From Piedraia hortae CBS 480.64 (lineage: Eukaryota), in contig MU005972.1 of assembly GCA_010093745.1 (NCBI GenBank), forward strand, positions 135,170-199,169: 64,000 bases of DNA, given 5' to 3'. The translations under genes and the position numbers were made by a program. Of this stretch, positions 46,812 to 57,408 are shown piece by piece (within the stretch, counting starts at the first letter, position 1; each line of letters begins with the position of its first letter). The notes under the pieces were generated by a model. It made no database searches. It was not told the origin of the DNA and saw only the letters and a program-made list of their open reading frames with translations.

Positions 46812-49800
46812 TTACCAGTTGACTGCAGTGTTGGTCGATGGCGACGCACCATTGTCCCAGCTGGTAGAGAATGCTTGCTGCTGAGGCAATGCCCAGCTTC
46901 CAGTGCTCGCGCCCGCGGTATTGTTTGCTGCCGAAGCCTGACTACTGCTCGCATTATTCCATCCTCCAGCAGCTGGGGTCATCTGGCCATTAGTGTTTCT
47001 TCTACGCATATCATCACCACCGTCAGCATTGCGTGCGGGAGCAGGGTGATTGTCAGAAGTATTGACCCAGCCGCTGGAAACAGTACGATTCCCCGAATTG
47101 TCCCAGCCGCCCCTGGCACTGTTGTTGCTTGAGACATTAGGCTCAGGGTTGGTTTCGTTCGGGGCATTGTTGTCCCAGCCGCTATTTGCTTTTGCAGCTG
47201 GCGGAGAGCTGTTCCATCCATTATTGGCCTGGGACGATGCAGCATTGCCATTGGAAGAGTTGTCCCTGCTGTTGTTTCCCTGGGACTTCGGAGTATTGTC
47301 CCATCCACCGCTCGCTTGTCGCGCAGTCTGGGCCGACGAAACGCTGTTACTCCATCCATAATTCGATTTGGGTGGTGCCGAGTCATTGACCCAGCCATTT
47401 CCTCCAGAGGGCTTGGCTTGGGCCGGGCTGTTTGCACTGTTGTCCCAGCCACCGCTCTGATTCGTCTGCGCCGCGCGATTATTGGAGGCAGACCAAGCGG
47501 AGGTGGCACTAGCAGGCTCATCGTTCCATCCGCCACCGGTATTACCAGAGGGTGAGGCTCCCCATCCACCGTTCCCATCAGTGCCTACTGAGGCACGGCC
47601 CTTGCTGCCCCTAGCGCTTCTGGCAGCTTTGAGAGCAAACCCGGGCGCTGCCGCATTTCGCGGATTGCCAGATCCCCAACCACTGAAACTCGGGGGAGCG
47701 CCACCATCCCAGTCGGCCGAGCGACTAACCTTCTGACCACCGGCGTGGCTCCGTTCGCTAACAGGTGCTTGCTTTGCAGGAGCGGCTGGCTGCGCAGTCG
47801 TCCCGCCAAAAGTAGTCGCGTTCATGCCCATCTTGTCCTGGGACTCCCAGCCATTAGCAACACCTCCGCTAGCAGTAGATCCTTGGGCATTCAATTCATT
47901 CGCAGTTCCTCCAGATATACCATTAGCTCCTCGTCCGCCATAACCGTTAGTAGTATTCTTGTTATCTGGCGCCTCCCAGCTTGCGGTTTCAGCCGCGCTC
48001 TTGGCGCTGGGTTCGGTGTTCCATCCACTAGCAACACCGATGTTTGAAGCCACGCTACCCCATCCGGTAGTAGCTCCTCCAGAGTTTTCCGTCTGAGGCG
48101 CCCACGCCAATGCCGGAGCAGGCTCAGCGCTTGTACTGGTACCCCATCCACCGTCAGCCGCCCCGCTGTTATCCCAGCCTCCAGTGGCCGCACCCCCAGT
48201 GCTACCGGCATCGACCCATCCACCCGTAGCAGCTGTGCCCGTGTTTCCAGCATCACCCCAACCACCGCTACCGGTATTACCATTATCACCAGTATCACCC
48301 CAACCGCCGGTCGTAGCCCCGCTGGTATTTCCTTCATTACCCCATCCTCCACCAGTGCCAGAATCTGCGCCCCACGAATTGTCTTGGTTCAACGGATCCG
48401 ATGTTTGCGGGGGACCATCGAAATCCTCAGCTTCTTCAAAGCCCGAAATCTCCAGGCTATCACGGTGGTTCAGCGGTGAAAACTTGCAATAGATCCTTCC
48501 ACCACGGAACGCACAATTGGCGTTTTGGCAAACATGCCCGAACTGACACTGCTGTCTTCGGCATCTGCCCTTTCGCTGGCAAGGTCTCGAGTAAAGGAAT
48601 TGCCTATGAGCGTTGGCAATGCCTTCAGGAACAGGCTCATGGGGAAGTCTTTAGCAGTAAGTCACAAAGTTCGACACGGAAAAGAGGACTTACGAGCAAT
48701 CGGCGTCGATACAGCGTCCCAGAGCAAGGAATGAGTTGCAAAAAGTCTTGTTGGCTCTGAAATCTTTATATGCTAGTGTATCCTGTATCGAAGGCGTTGG
48801 GAATAAGGGATCGAGCCGCCAGCCATTCATGTTGACGGGAATCTGGCCGGGGGCGATGCTATCAGGCGAGGGTAGCACTGACACATCATTCAGGGGGTTG
48901 TAAGTCTGCCTTTGACGCACATTAGGATCTACAGTGAACGGGTGTCCAGGGTCACTGGCCGAGCTGTCACTTTCATAGCCCTGAGCATTAGTATCAACCT
49001 ATATTCCATCAGTCTTCCATAGAGACGCCAAGATAATGGGTACATACCGCGACCGCAAAAGCTGAGGCTTGCGCTGGAACCTGAGCCTGAACAGAAGCCT
49101 GATAGGCCTGTTGCTGAGGTTCATAAGCCTGCCGCCGAGGGGGATGATAAGACTGTGGCGGAGGAGGCTGAGGAGCCTGCGATCGGGAGGCCTTATAGCC
49201 CGATGATTGGGGAACTTGGTAAGCTTGTTGAGGCTGGGCGGGCGGCTGCTGAGGAACTTGCTGTTGAGGAGCCTCCACTTGCTGAGGCAGAGCGTTCCAC
49301 GCCTGGCTGACGTCCGGTAAAGGCTTTTGAGCACTACCAGGCCCTGAGGCAGAAGTGAAGATGGGGGAGAAGTCCTCCGTTTCGAAACCGAGCTGAGAGT
49401 ACTGCGGCAGGCTTCCAGGAATGTTCATGAGCGTGATTTTCTTCAGATTGCCCCGGTTCGAAGTGATGGTGGGAATGTACTCTGGCTCCGTGCAGCCGCC
49501 AAAGAAGATGCGTCGGCACTGCGGAATACCTAGGAAATGCTGCACCAAGCCTGCAGTCTTGAAGACGGCAGCACCCTCAGAATCACCAACATGGACAAAG
49601 TCAAAGAGTTCATTGGATCGGGTGAAGTCGGCGGCAAAGGCGGCAACAGAGCGACCGCCTTTGTTGTTCCCCGTCATTCGATCGAAGCGGTTGGACAGAC
49701 GGGCAAGATTTGCGGATACTTTGACCATAATGGGGCAATCATCCAGGCCTTGTTTCTGTATGCTCTTCCTCACAGCATCGCGCAAGAGGGTTGCAGCTTG

Positions 49801-50055
49801 ACGGCCACCTTCAGCACCCATTCCTATCAGGTTATCATCGAAAGCATAAGAATCGCCGTCAATAGCAACCATGACAAATGGTTTCTGGTCTCCAGAAGCA
49901 TCGCTGTTGGTCTTCAGGATCTTGAGGAGCTGGTGCTCCTTCAAGAGAGCTTCAAACTGCTGCAACAGGGCATCGCGTTGCTGCTGGTGCTGTCCGTCTG
50001 CACGCTTGAAAGCGTCCAGAGAGGCGACGCAGTGCGCTACATCTACACCGGACAT
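46812..50055 (-). CDS. About 1049-aa protein: NYN/PIN-like (DUF7923-type) domain, tandem CCCH zinc fingers, GW/WG-repeat tail; introns 48999-49047 and 48649-48693
   Basis: Canonical GTATGT..TAG and GTAAGT..AAG introns join ORFs 49009-50055, 48690-48920 and 46812-48392 in frame (3150 nt CDS). Confidence 0.85.
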
Positions 50056-50266
50056 TGGTTAGTGACGGATACAAAATGGCAAAAACGAGTGTGGCTGAAT
50101 CTTTAGTAAAACGCCCAAAACTTCGCCCGTTGAACTGAGACGCGGGGCCATCCATGGGGCCCAAGTATCGCGGCGTTTGCGCTAACCATGGCCGTTTGCT
50201 GTGCGACCAATAGGAGCTGGAGGATCTACGGCTGTCTACATGTATGGCTCTGACAACACCGGGCAG

Positions 50267-51439
50267 CTAGTTTCGAGCCAACAACTTGTCAATTTCATCC
50301 ACAGTGAACCCTAGTACATGCATAACGTCTAATAGGGATGCAGTGTTTAGACGTGCCGGGGCTGCTGCTTGTACCTTGGGCTTGGCGTTGACCGCTATAC
50401 CCAGGCCAGCAGCACCCATCATCAGTAGGTCATTGCTCCCATCGCCTACAGCAATTGTACGTTCTAGAGGTATTTGGTTCTCCGCCGCCAGGCGAATCAA
50501 CAGTTCACGCTTCTTCTCCGCATGTACTATAGGAGCCGTGGGGAGCAGCTCGCCTGTTAGAACCTGCTCAATGTCGTCTTGAACAAGGTGATTGGCAAAA
50601 GCGTAATCCAGGCCAAGAACATCCTTGGCCCATTCTGCCAGTGGTGTGAAACCTCCACTTACCACGGCCGTCTTCCATCCTAAATTCTTGAGTACTTGAA
50701 CCAAGCCTTTAGCTCCGGGAGTAAAGGTGATGGGTCCGGCTTTCAACCGATCCCATATTGATAATGGCACCCCCTCGAGTAGGGCAACTCTAGCCCGTAG
50801 TGAGGCCTCAAAATCAGTATACGGGGCTTCACCTCTCATTGCAGCCTCGGTGATAGCAGACACAGCATCATATCGACCGACAGCACGCGCGAGCTCGTCT
50901 ATGACTTCTTGCTGGACTAATGTGCTGTCCATGTCAAAGACGGCCAAGCCTGGACTCTTGTGCTCGGCATAAAGTTGAGCAGGCTGCACGATAATTTGCA
51001 TGTTATGCACAATTTGCAAACCAACGATTGTGTCAACTTTTGTAAGATTCGTGCAGTCTTGTAGGGTAGCCGGTGGGCCGGCCAGCCCAATGACTACCTC
51101 GGAAACGCGGTTGGGTACCAGAAACCGACAGCTGACAATATCCTGCGAGGCCGAGCCCAACGACAGCGTGTTCAGGATGCTATCATGGACAGTCTGCCAT
51201 GTTTGATGCGATAGTTGATGCCTGGCAAATACGAGCCACACAATCTCGCCCATGGTATGGATCCAAGTTGGTTGTGCGTTGTGCATATATGGTAGGCGCC
51301 AAACGCCAAGAACTAATTTTCGAGCCCACATGGAGCTGTCAGTCAAGGTTTGGCTGATGGGCATTCTTCCAACTGCCACTAGCCAACCGTCATGCGGCAC
51401 GTGTTCTGTCGTTCCAGTTGGGCGATGGGAAGGCTGCAC
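50267..51439 (-). CDS. SER2: Phosphoserine phosphatase (HAD family); true start probably downstream (for example 51253)
   Basis: AVFDMDSTLVQQEVIDELA, ITEAAMRGE, VSGGF, AVGDGSNDL. Confidence 0.93.
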   Translation of the reverse strand: MQPSHRPTGTTEHVPHDGWLVAVGRMPISQTLTDSSMWARKLVLGVWRLPYMHNAQPTWIHTMGEIVWLVFARHQLSHQTWQTVHDSILNTLSLGSASQDIVSCRFLVPNRVSEVVIGLAGPPATLQDCTNLTKVDTIVGLQIVHNMQIIVQPAQLYAEHKSPGLAVFDMDSTLVQQEVIDELARAVGRYDAVSAITEAAMRGEAPYTDFEASLRARVALLEGVPLSIWDRLKAGPITFTPGAKGLVQVLKNLGWKTAVVSGGFTPLAEWAKDVLGLDYAFANHLVQDDIEQVLTGELLPTAPIVHAEKKRELLIRLAAENQIPLERTIAVGDGSNDLLMMGAAGLGIAVNAKPKVQAAAPARLNTASLLDVMHVLGFTVDEIDKLLARN

Positions 51440-51537
51440 GACTACGTCATCAACAAAGCTCTGACCATTCCGACGTTCCCGATGACTTAGCCATTGTTGT
51501 TGTAAACACCCTCGCTCTTTTCCTCGAACCTAGCAGC

Positions 51538-52346
51538 ATGGCCATTGCCCGCCCTCTGCTCTCACTACTCTCGATAATTCTGCTCGCAGGGGGTACCCTA
51601 CTAACCATTTTCATCGTCCTGTCCGGTTCTCACAAGTACACCCCACCCATCAATCGCACCTATTTCCTCGAAGCGTCAACCAATGGATTCGGTCCAGGCA
51701 GTCCGCACTTGCACAACCCTGCGCGCTGGACCTGGCTGTCCATATGTGGCGTAGAAAACAACAAGAATGCGCACTGCGGACCCATTCGCGCAGCGCAATC
51801 CTTTGACCCCGTGAGGAACTTTGGCACCCGCGACGGTGTTCCTCAACCGTTCTTGAAGCATCGCACATTTTGGTACTACATGAGCCGCTTCACCTGGGTG
51901 TGGTACCTCTTAAGCCTGTTGTTTGCGGCTATTGCGTTGGTAGTGAGCGCTTTGGCCCTCTGCACGCGTCTGGGTGCTTATATCACGGCCTTGGCGGTTT
52001 GGGTGGCATTGTTCTTTCAGACTCTGGCTGCAGCCATGCATACGTAAGTCGACCAGTTGTTGTCATGACACTTTCTAACGTTGATAGTGCCTGGGTGGTC
52101 AAGGCGCGCCATGCGTTTCGGTCCAACGGACAGAAGGCAAGAATCGGTCAATATGCCATGGCATTTGCCTGGTCGACTGTGGCCTGCTACTTCCTTGCCA
52201 CTTTGCTATTTTGTATTGGTGGCAAAGCCAGCAAGAGATCTGCTGGAAGCAGCCCCAGCTCAACGTCACGGTTTGGGCGAAAGAAGCGCAATCAGGGAAC
52301 TTTTGCCGATAATACCCAAGCGCGGGTGAAGGATGATTATGCATGA
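51538..52346 (+). CDS. SUR7: SUR7-family eisosome membrane protein; intron at about 52044-52088
   Basis: 4 TM helices, ARWTWLSICG..C, FDP.RNFG, YYMSRF. Confidence 0.85.
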
Positions 52347-52529
52347 GATGAAAAAGAATTGATATGATAACCAGATAATTGACTAATGCACTGAGTGTTT
52401 TGCCCTCGCCCTGCCCCTCTGTGTCATTACCCCACCGGAGGAATTCCGTGTCTTCGCGACTCATTTATGATACGCGCAGCGGGGACGTTGCACTAAATTA
52501 GCGCCAGACACAGAGAAAAAACTTGGACA

Positions 52530-53357
52530 ATGTCAGAACCCAGCCAACGTAAACAAAAGAAAGCTCTACGCGATGCAGAGCGGCGGAAAACCAGATTGCG
52601 GCCAAGGAAAACAACACTTGTCGCAACTCCCGAAGATATCCCCGAGGCTGATGTTCACGATGTCTCTGAAGCAGGTGACGCGCGAAAAAGGCGCATAGAA
52701 GATGAAGCACGCGATGAAGTGGCAAACAAAAAATTGAAAACGTCGGGGCCCGAGTATAAGGATGCAGCGAAAGAGAAGAAGAGCAAAGGCGAGAAGCGCA
52801 AGGCAAGGAAGAAAGCTGTCGCGGAGAAGCGGATAATTGAAGAGGAGGAAGGCACAGGCAAGAGGCCCAAAACGACCAAAGAAAGCAAAGACCGTTTCAT
52901 CGTTTTTGTGGGGAACCTCCCGTTCAACACCACCGATGCTTCACTAGCAGCGTTCTTCCAGCCCTTGGCGCCAACATCAATCAGACACCGTACCGATCCC
53001 AAGACCAAGAAGAGCAAAGGGTTTGCCTTTGTCGAATTTGAAGGATATGACCGCCTCAAGACGTGTCTTCAAAAGTATCATCATGTCGAGTTCAATCCAG
53101 AAGAACACGGCGCAGAAGGAACGGGCAAGGGCGGCCGCAAAATTAATGTCGAGCTCTCTGCCGGCGGAGGTGGCAAGTCAAAGACACGAATGAGCAAGAT
53201 CAAGGCTAAGAACGAAAAGCTAACAGAAGAACGTTCAAGAAGGATACAGCGAGAGTTGCAGGAAAAGGCAGCAAAGACGACGGCGGATGCAGGGGAACCC
53301 AAAGGAGCTATCTCTGCTGTAAACGGCATGCATCCAAGTCGTCTGGCGAGAATGTAG
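52530..53357 (+). CDS. NOP6: Nucleolar RRM protein Nop6-like
   Basis: RFIVFVGNLPF, SKGFAFVEF, RKINVELSAGGGG, MHPSRL. Confidence 0.82.
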   Translation: MSEPSQRKQKKALRDAERRKTRLRPRKTTLVATPEDIPEADVHDVSEAGDARKRRIEDEARDEVANKKLKTSGPEYKDAAKEKKSKGEKRKARKKAVAEKRIIEEEEGTGKRPKTTKESKDRFIVFVGNLPFNTTDASLAAFFQPLAPTSIRHRTDPKTKKSKGFAFVEFEGYDRLKTCLQKYHHVEFNPEEHGAEGTGKGGRKINVELSAGGGGKSKTRMSKIKAKNEKLTEERSRRIQRELQEKAAKTTADAGEPKGAISAVNGMHPSRLARM

Positions 53358-53381
53358 AGCATTCGAAGCGTAATACTGACA

Positions 53382-53785
53382 TCAATCCCATCTGGTTTTG
53401 CTTGTTAGTTGCTTGGATTCCATATTCAAAAATACGCACCCTTGGTCTTTTTGCCTTACAATATCACCTCCGTGTGTTTGTTTGCCCGTCTTGCCGCCTT
53501 CGACAACCAATCGGTCTAATTGGTAAAATTGACTGATAATTGTTTGTCTCTGCTTCGATCAGTCTGCTCCAATTTATCCGTTGGTTTAAGACTCACCCGC
53601 ATCATCTGAAGGTCTTTTTCGCCTTTCGCCATTGTCTCTCGAATTTCATCTGCGCCGTTGCGCGGCTCGCGAAAGGCGTCGCGAGTTCGTCTTAGGGCAT
53701 ATTCGCGGAAGTTATAGTTGGCGAATTGACGACCTTGGCGCAACAACGAGCGGTACAAGCTGCGCACGTTGCCTGCAGTGGACAT
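53382..53785 (-). CDS. ISD11: LYR-motif Fe-S assembly protein Isd11 (two introns; ends QGWD)
   Basis: [48 protein letters not shown]. Confidence 0.93.
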
Positions 53786-54228
53786 TGTTAGATAAGAGGG
53801 GTGAGATGTTTAACTAGCCTCTTTGGGATAGCAATGACAGATATTAGGGTTAGGGATATCATCAGTCAGCCCAGTATCGGGCTACGGATGATTGACGTAC
53901 ATTACCGGGGAAGGCAAGGGTTCAAATTAATCACGTCAACGGTAAGACTACAGCAAGATGTCTTGCCCTGACACACTGTCCGCTATGACAAATGAGACCA
54001 GTAAGAACAGAGATAAGCTGTGCAACGAAGAGGGAAGTCGCATGGCAAGGCGTGGGGCGGGAAACCCCAGCCACCGCTCGCAGTCTGCAAAAAAAGCGGG
54101 ACGGACCACAACGGCCCGCACACATGAAACGGACCGCCCGCCCCGCCCACTCGGGACGCACTGAACAAGTCCCAGCCTCTCCCGTGCTCCTTGGCTTCCG
54201 TCATGGGAGACTCTGAACAACATGAGAT

Positions 54229-56040
54229 TTGACCACATTGCTGCCCCCACGCTCCGCCATCACTCACTGCTTGCTCGGCCGTGAGCTTTCGCCGTGTGGC
54301 CTATGTGACTCGCTAGACGCAGCCCTGTCGCCCCTATATTATTCGGACGGCAGCGACGACTCGGACGGCCGGTGCCAGGGCAATTGCTGCGTAGCGCGGA
54401 CGCACCGGCCTGAGTCATCTCCCGGCACTCACGCCGCCGTCCTATACGCCGTTGAGGAGGGCTTCCGCTTCCCGCATACACTGACCCCCGATCTGGACGA
54501 GGAAAATTCGCAAATGTCCGAAGTTGGCGCGCGCGCAACGCACACCGGAGCGCGTCCTGGCGGCCCCGTGCCCATTTCTGCTGCTGCTCCAAGCATTCGC
54601 ACACCCCGTGACGTGATGCGAGAGCGGAATGCGCGTGAAGCGCGTCGTTTCCAGGCACAACGAGAGGAAGAAGCGCGACGGCATGTGGCGCTTAGCAGCG
54701 AGGATGGCTTGGCGCGTGACGGCTCAGTCCGCGTCTCGGGGGCCGAAGCGCTTGGGGAACCCGTAAGCAGAAGTCAAGGTACCCAGAACTACGCGTCTAA
54801 CAGCCGTCCCCGTCGCATTTCTGGTGCCTCCGGCGGTAAGCATGCTCCGCAAAATCATGTTGCAACATCGTTTCCACTTGCATTCGAGCGTTGGGAGACA
54901 CTGTCGTCACACTGGGAAGGGCTGACGTCGTACTGGTTACACAAATTGGAGCAGAACACGGAAGAAATCAGGCACACGGTGCCCAACGTGTCGAGCTTGA
55001 ACAGGCAAATCACGGATCTTTCGGCCGCTGGGGCTAATCTCTTCCACGCCGTTGTTGAACTGCAACGGCTCCGGGCCAGCAGCGAACGCAAATTCCAGCG
55101 TTGGTTCTTTGATACCCGCGCCGAGACGGAGCGGAATGCTGAGAGGCAGGCTGAACTCGAGCGGCAACTGCAGCTCGAGCGCGGAGCGCACGAGGAGGCG
55201 GCGTCAAGGAAAGCCGATGCAGAAGCCGCTGCCAGCCAAGCCGACCGGGAGCTGCGAGAGCTGCGACGAGAGCTCATCATTGCTAAAGAAGAAGCCCGGC
55301 GTGCGTGGGAGGAGCTAGGCAAACGCAATGACGAGGCCCTGCAGCAAGCGGAAAACCTCAAGAGCGGCTGCGTAGCTGTAGTTGCCGGCGTGCAGGTGGT
55401 ACCCTACGTTTCTCGTGTTAGCCGCAGCGGCACCGTTGCCAGTGCTGTGCGTCCAGACGTTACGAGCAGCCCAGGAGAGCGTCACTACGAACGCTATGCC
55501 AGCCCAACTAACACAGATCCCTTTGCCGAGCTGGCCAGGCAAACTGTACCGCAGACGCCGCCATGGTCAGCCGAGCGTCGGGCCGGTGTGAGGTCGCCAG
55601 CATCGTCAGCCTACACTCAGCCACACTACGCCACTGACGGGACTCCAACGCACGTGCAGCCCAACGTCATGGTGACTTCGCCCACAGCATCGCCTCATAC
55701 TCGCAGCGAAGGACGTCAGGAGGGTCCTTTTACTATGGGCAGCGAGGCCGAAACTGTCTATGCCATTGACTCGGCCGGACAGCTCCAATCGCCACCCGCA
55801 GCCATAACGAGGGACACAGAGGACACGCAAATTAGCGAGAGTGGCTATTCGGACTACGGGTCTCTGCCTACTCTACCGGCAACAAGTGCAGAAGCAATGG
55901 CAACCTTCACGCCATCGTCCGGGCCTGACGACTTTGCTGACTGGGATACCGCTGGGGCCACAACCCACCATCACCCAACTCGACTGAGCGATGTTTTGGA
56001 AGAGGACGAAGAACGCAGCAGTAGACGCACTGCTGAGTAA
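54229..56040 (+). CDS. Fungal coiled-coil hypothetical protein (start uncertain)
   Basis: 603-codon ORF with SFPLAFERWETLSSHWEGLTSYW, coiled coil and HHHPTRLSDVLEEDE tail. Confidence 0.75.
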   Translation: MTTLLPPRSAITHCLLGRELSPCGLCDSLDAALSPLYYSDGSDDSDGRCQGNCCVARTHRPESSPGTHAAVLYAVEEGFRFPHTLTPDLDEENSQMSEVGARATHTGARPGGPVPISAAAPSIRTPRDVMRERNAREARRFQAQREEEARRHVALSSEDGLARDGSVRVSGAEALGEPVSRSQGTQNYASNSRPRRISGASGGKHAPQNHVATSFPLAFERWETLSSHWEGLTSYWLHKLEQNTEEIRHTVPNVSSLNRQITDLSAAGANLFHAVVELQRLRASSERKFQRWFFDTRAETERNAERQAELERQLQLERGAHEEAASRKADAEAAASQADRELRELRRELIIAKEEARRAWEELGKRNDEALQQAENLKSGCVAVVAGVQVVPYVSRVSRSGTVASAVRPDVTSSPGERHYERYASPTNTDPFAELARQTVPQTPPWSAERRAGVRSPASSAYTQPHYATDGTPTHVQPNVMVTSPTASPHTRSEGRQEGPFTMGSEAETVYAIDSAGQLQSPPAAITRDTEDTQISESGYSDYGSLPTLPATSAEAMATFTPSSGPDDFADWDTAGATTHHHPTRLSDVLEEDEERSSRRTAE

Positions 56041-56132
56041 TCATGTACATAAGTTAAATTTAAACGTAATTACCCAAATTCAATACACTAGCGACGTTCT
56101 TTTGGGGTGGTGGGAGAGGGGAGGGGAGGACG

Positions 56133-57359
56133 ATGCTGATCCGGCCACGGTGGAGCCGGGTGGTGCGAATGGTATACGGCATTCTGGCCGTCCTCTCTAC
56201 CTGGACGCTCCTTGACGTCGTAAACGTCCACCGGCCGCAACTCATTCCCCCCCCACCGTTTGGTCCAAATGAGCGCATCTTTATAGCCAGTATCCATTGG
56301 ACGGACGAGGCCGTTTTGCGTGCGCGGTGGGCTCCCGCCGTGGCCTCCCTTGCACGCACTCTGGGATCCGACAACGTATTCGTGTCTATCTACGAGAGCG
56401 GCAGCTTCGATGACACCAAGGGAGCCCTGCAGCTCCTGAATGAAGACCTTTCGCACTCTCACATTCCTCACCGCATCATCCTCGACGATGCCATGCACCG
56501 AGATGAGGTCGAGAAGCAACCGGCCACGTCCGGCTGGATCCAGATGCCGCAATCCCAGCAGTTCCGTGCAAACTGGACGCATTGGTTCACCCTCGAAAAG
56601 GGCCACTGGGTCCCGCGCAGGATCCCGTACCTTGCTCGTTTACGCAACAGGGTCATGGAGCCCCTGACTGAGCTCCAAAGGGACGAGGGCAAGGTCTTTG
56701 ATAAAATCTTGTGGCTGAACGACGTCGTCTTTGACACGGACGATGTCAAGCGTTTGCTCGCTACAAATGACGGAGTCTATGCTGCCGCCTGTGCACTGGA
56801 CTTTAAGCGTCCTCCAAGCTTTTATGATACCTTTGCGTTGCGCGACTGGGAAGGCTACGCCCCCATAAGCGACGTCTGGCCTTACTTTCGAAGCAAGACT
56901 TCTCGAAAGCCAATGATTAAGGGCCAACCCGTGCCGGTTTCGTCTTGCTGGAACGGCATGGTCATGCTCGATGCCAAGCCTTTTTATCAAAATTTGCAAT
57001 TTAGAGCGATAGACGATAGTCTTGCAAAATCTCATCTTGAGGGATCTGAATGCTGTCTGATTCACTATGATAATCCCCTCACGGGAAAAGCGGGTGTTTG
57101 GGTCAACCCCAATGTCAGAGTTACCTACGATGCTGCTGCGTACGGTAGGGTCAAGGGTGGTGTGTGGCCGAAGTGGCCGTGGAACATTGTGGCCGGCATA
57201 TGGAAGAACAGGTTCAATCGGTGGTGCAGTAGGGGTCATAGGGACGAGAAGAGGGTCATTGCTAAACGCCTAGCTCAGTGGCAAGGCAAGGAGCCTGGGG
57301 CTGATTGCCTTATCGATGAGATGCACATTATGCTCTGGAACGGATGGGGCCATGCATGA
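56133..57359 (+). CDS. GT69 (CAP59/CMT1-like) mannosyltransferase
   Basis: FVSIYESGS.D, RRIPYLARLRN, LWLNDV, CALDF, FYDTFALRD, SCWNG, SECCLIH. Confidence 0.9.
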   Translation: MLIRPRWSRVVRMVYGILAVLSTWTLLDVVNVHRPQLIPPPPFGPNERIFIASIHWTDEAVLRARWAPAVASLARTLGSDNVFVSIYESGSFDDTKGALQLLNEDLSHSHIPHRIILDDAMHRDEVEKQPATSGWIQMPQSQQFRANWTHWFTLEKGHWVPRRIPYLARLRNRVMEPLTELQRDEGKVFDKILWLNDVVFDTDDVKRLLATNDGVYAAACALDFKRPPSFYDTFALRDWEGYAPISDVWPYFRSKTSRKPMIKGQPVPVSSCWNGMVMLDAKPFYQNLQFRAIDDSLAKSHLEGSECCLIHYDNPLTGKAGVWVNPNVRVTYDAAAYGRVKGGVWPKWPWNIVAGIWKNRFNRWCSRGHRDEKRVIAKRLAQWQGKEPGADCLIDEMHIMLWNGWGHA

Positions 57360-57408
57360 CTTGCAAAAGAACTTGATGTATCATATTTTAAAGAAAGTGT
57401 TGTAGTTT

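Noticed and set aside
46812..48392. Stand-alone Gly/Trp-rich or ice-nucleation-like ORF
   Set aside because: It has no ATG start of its own at the 5' end and is the in-frame last exon of the CCCH gene
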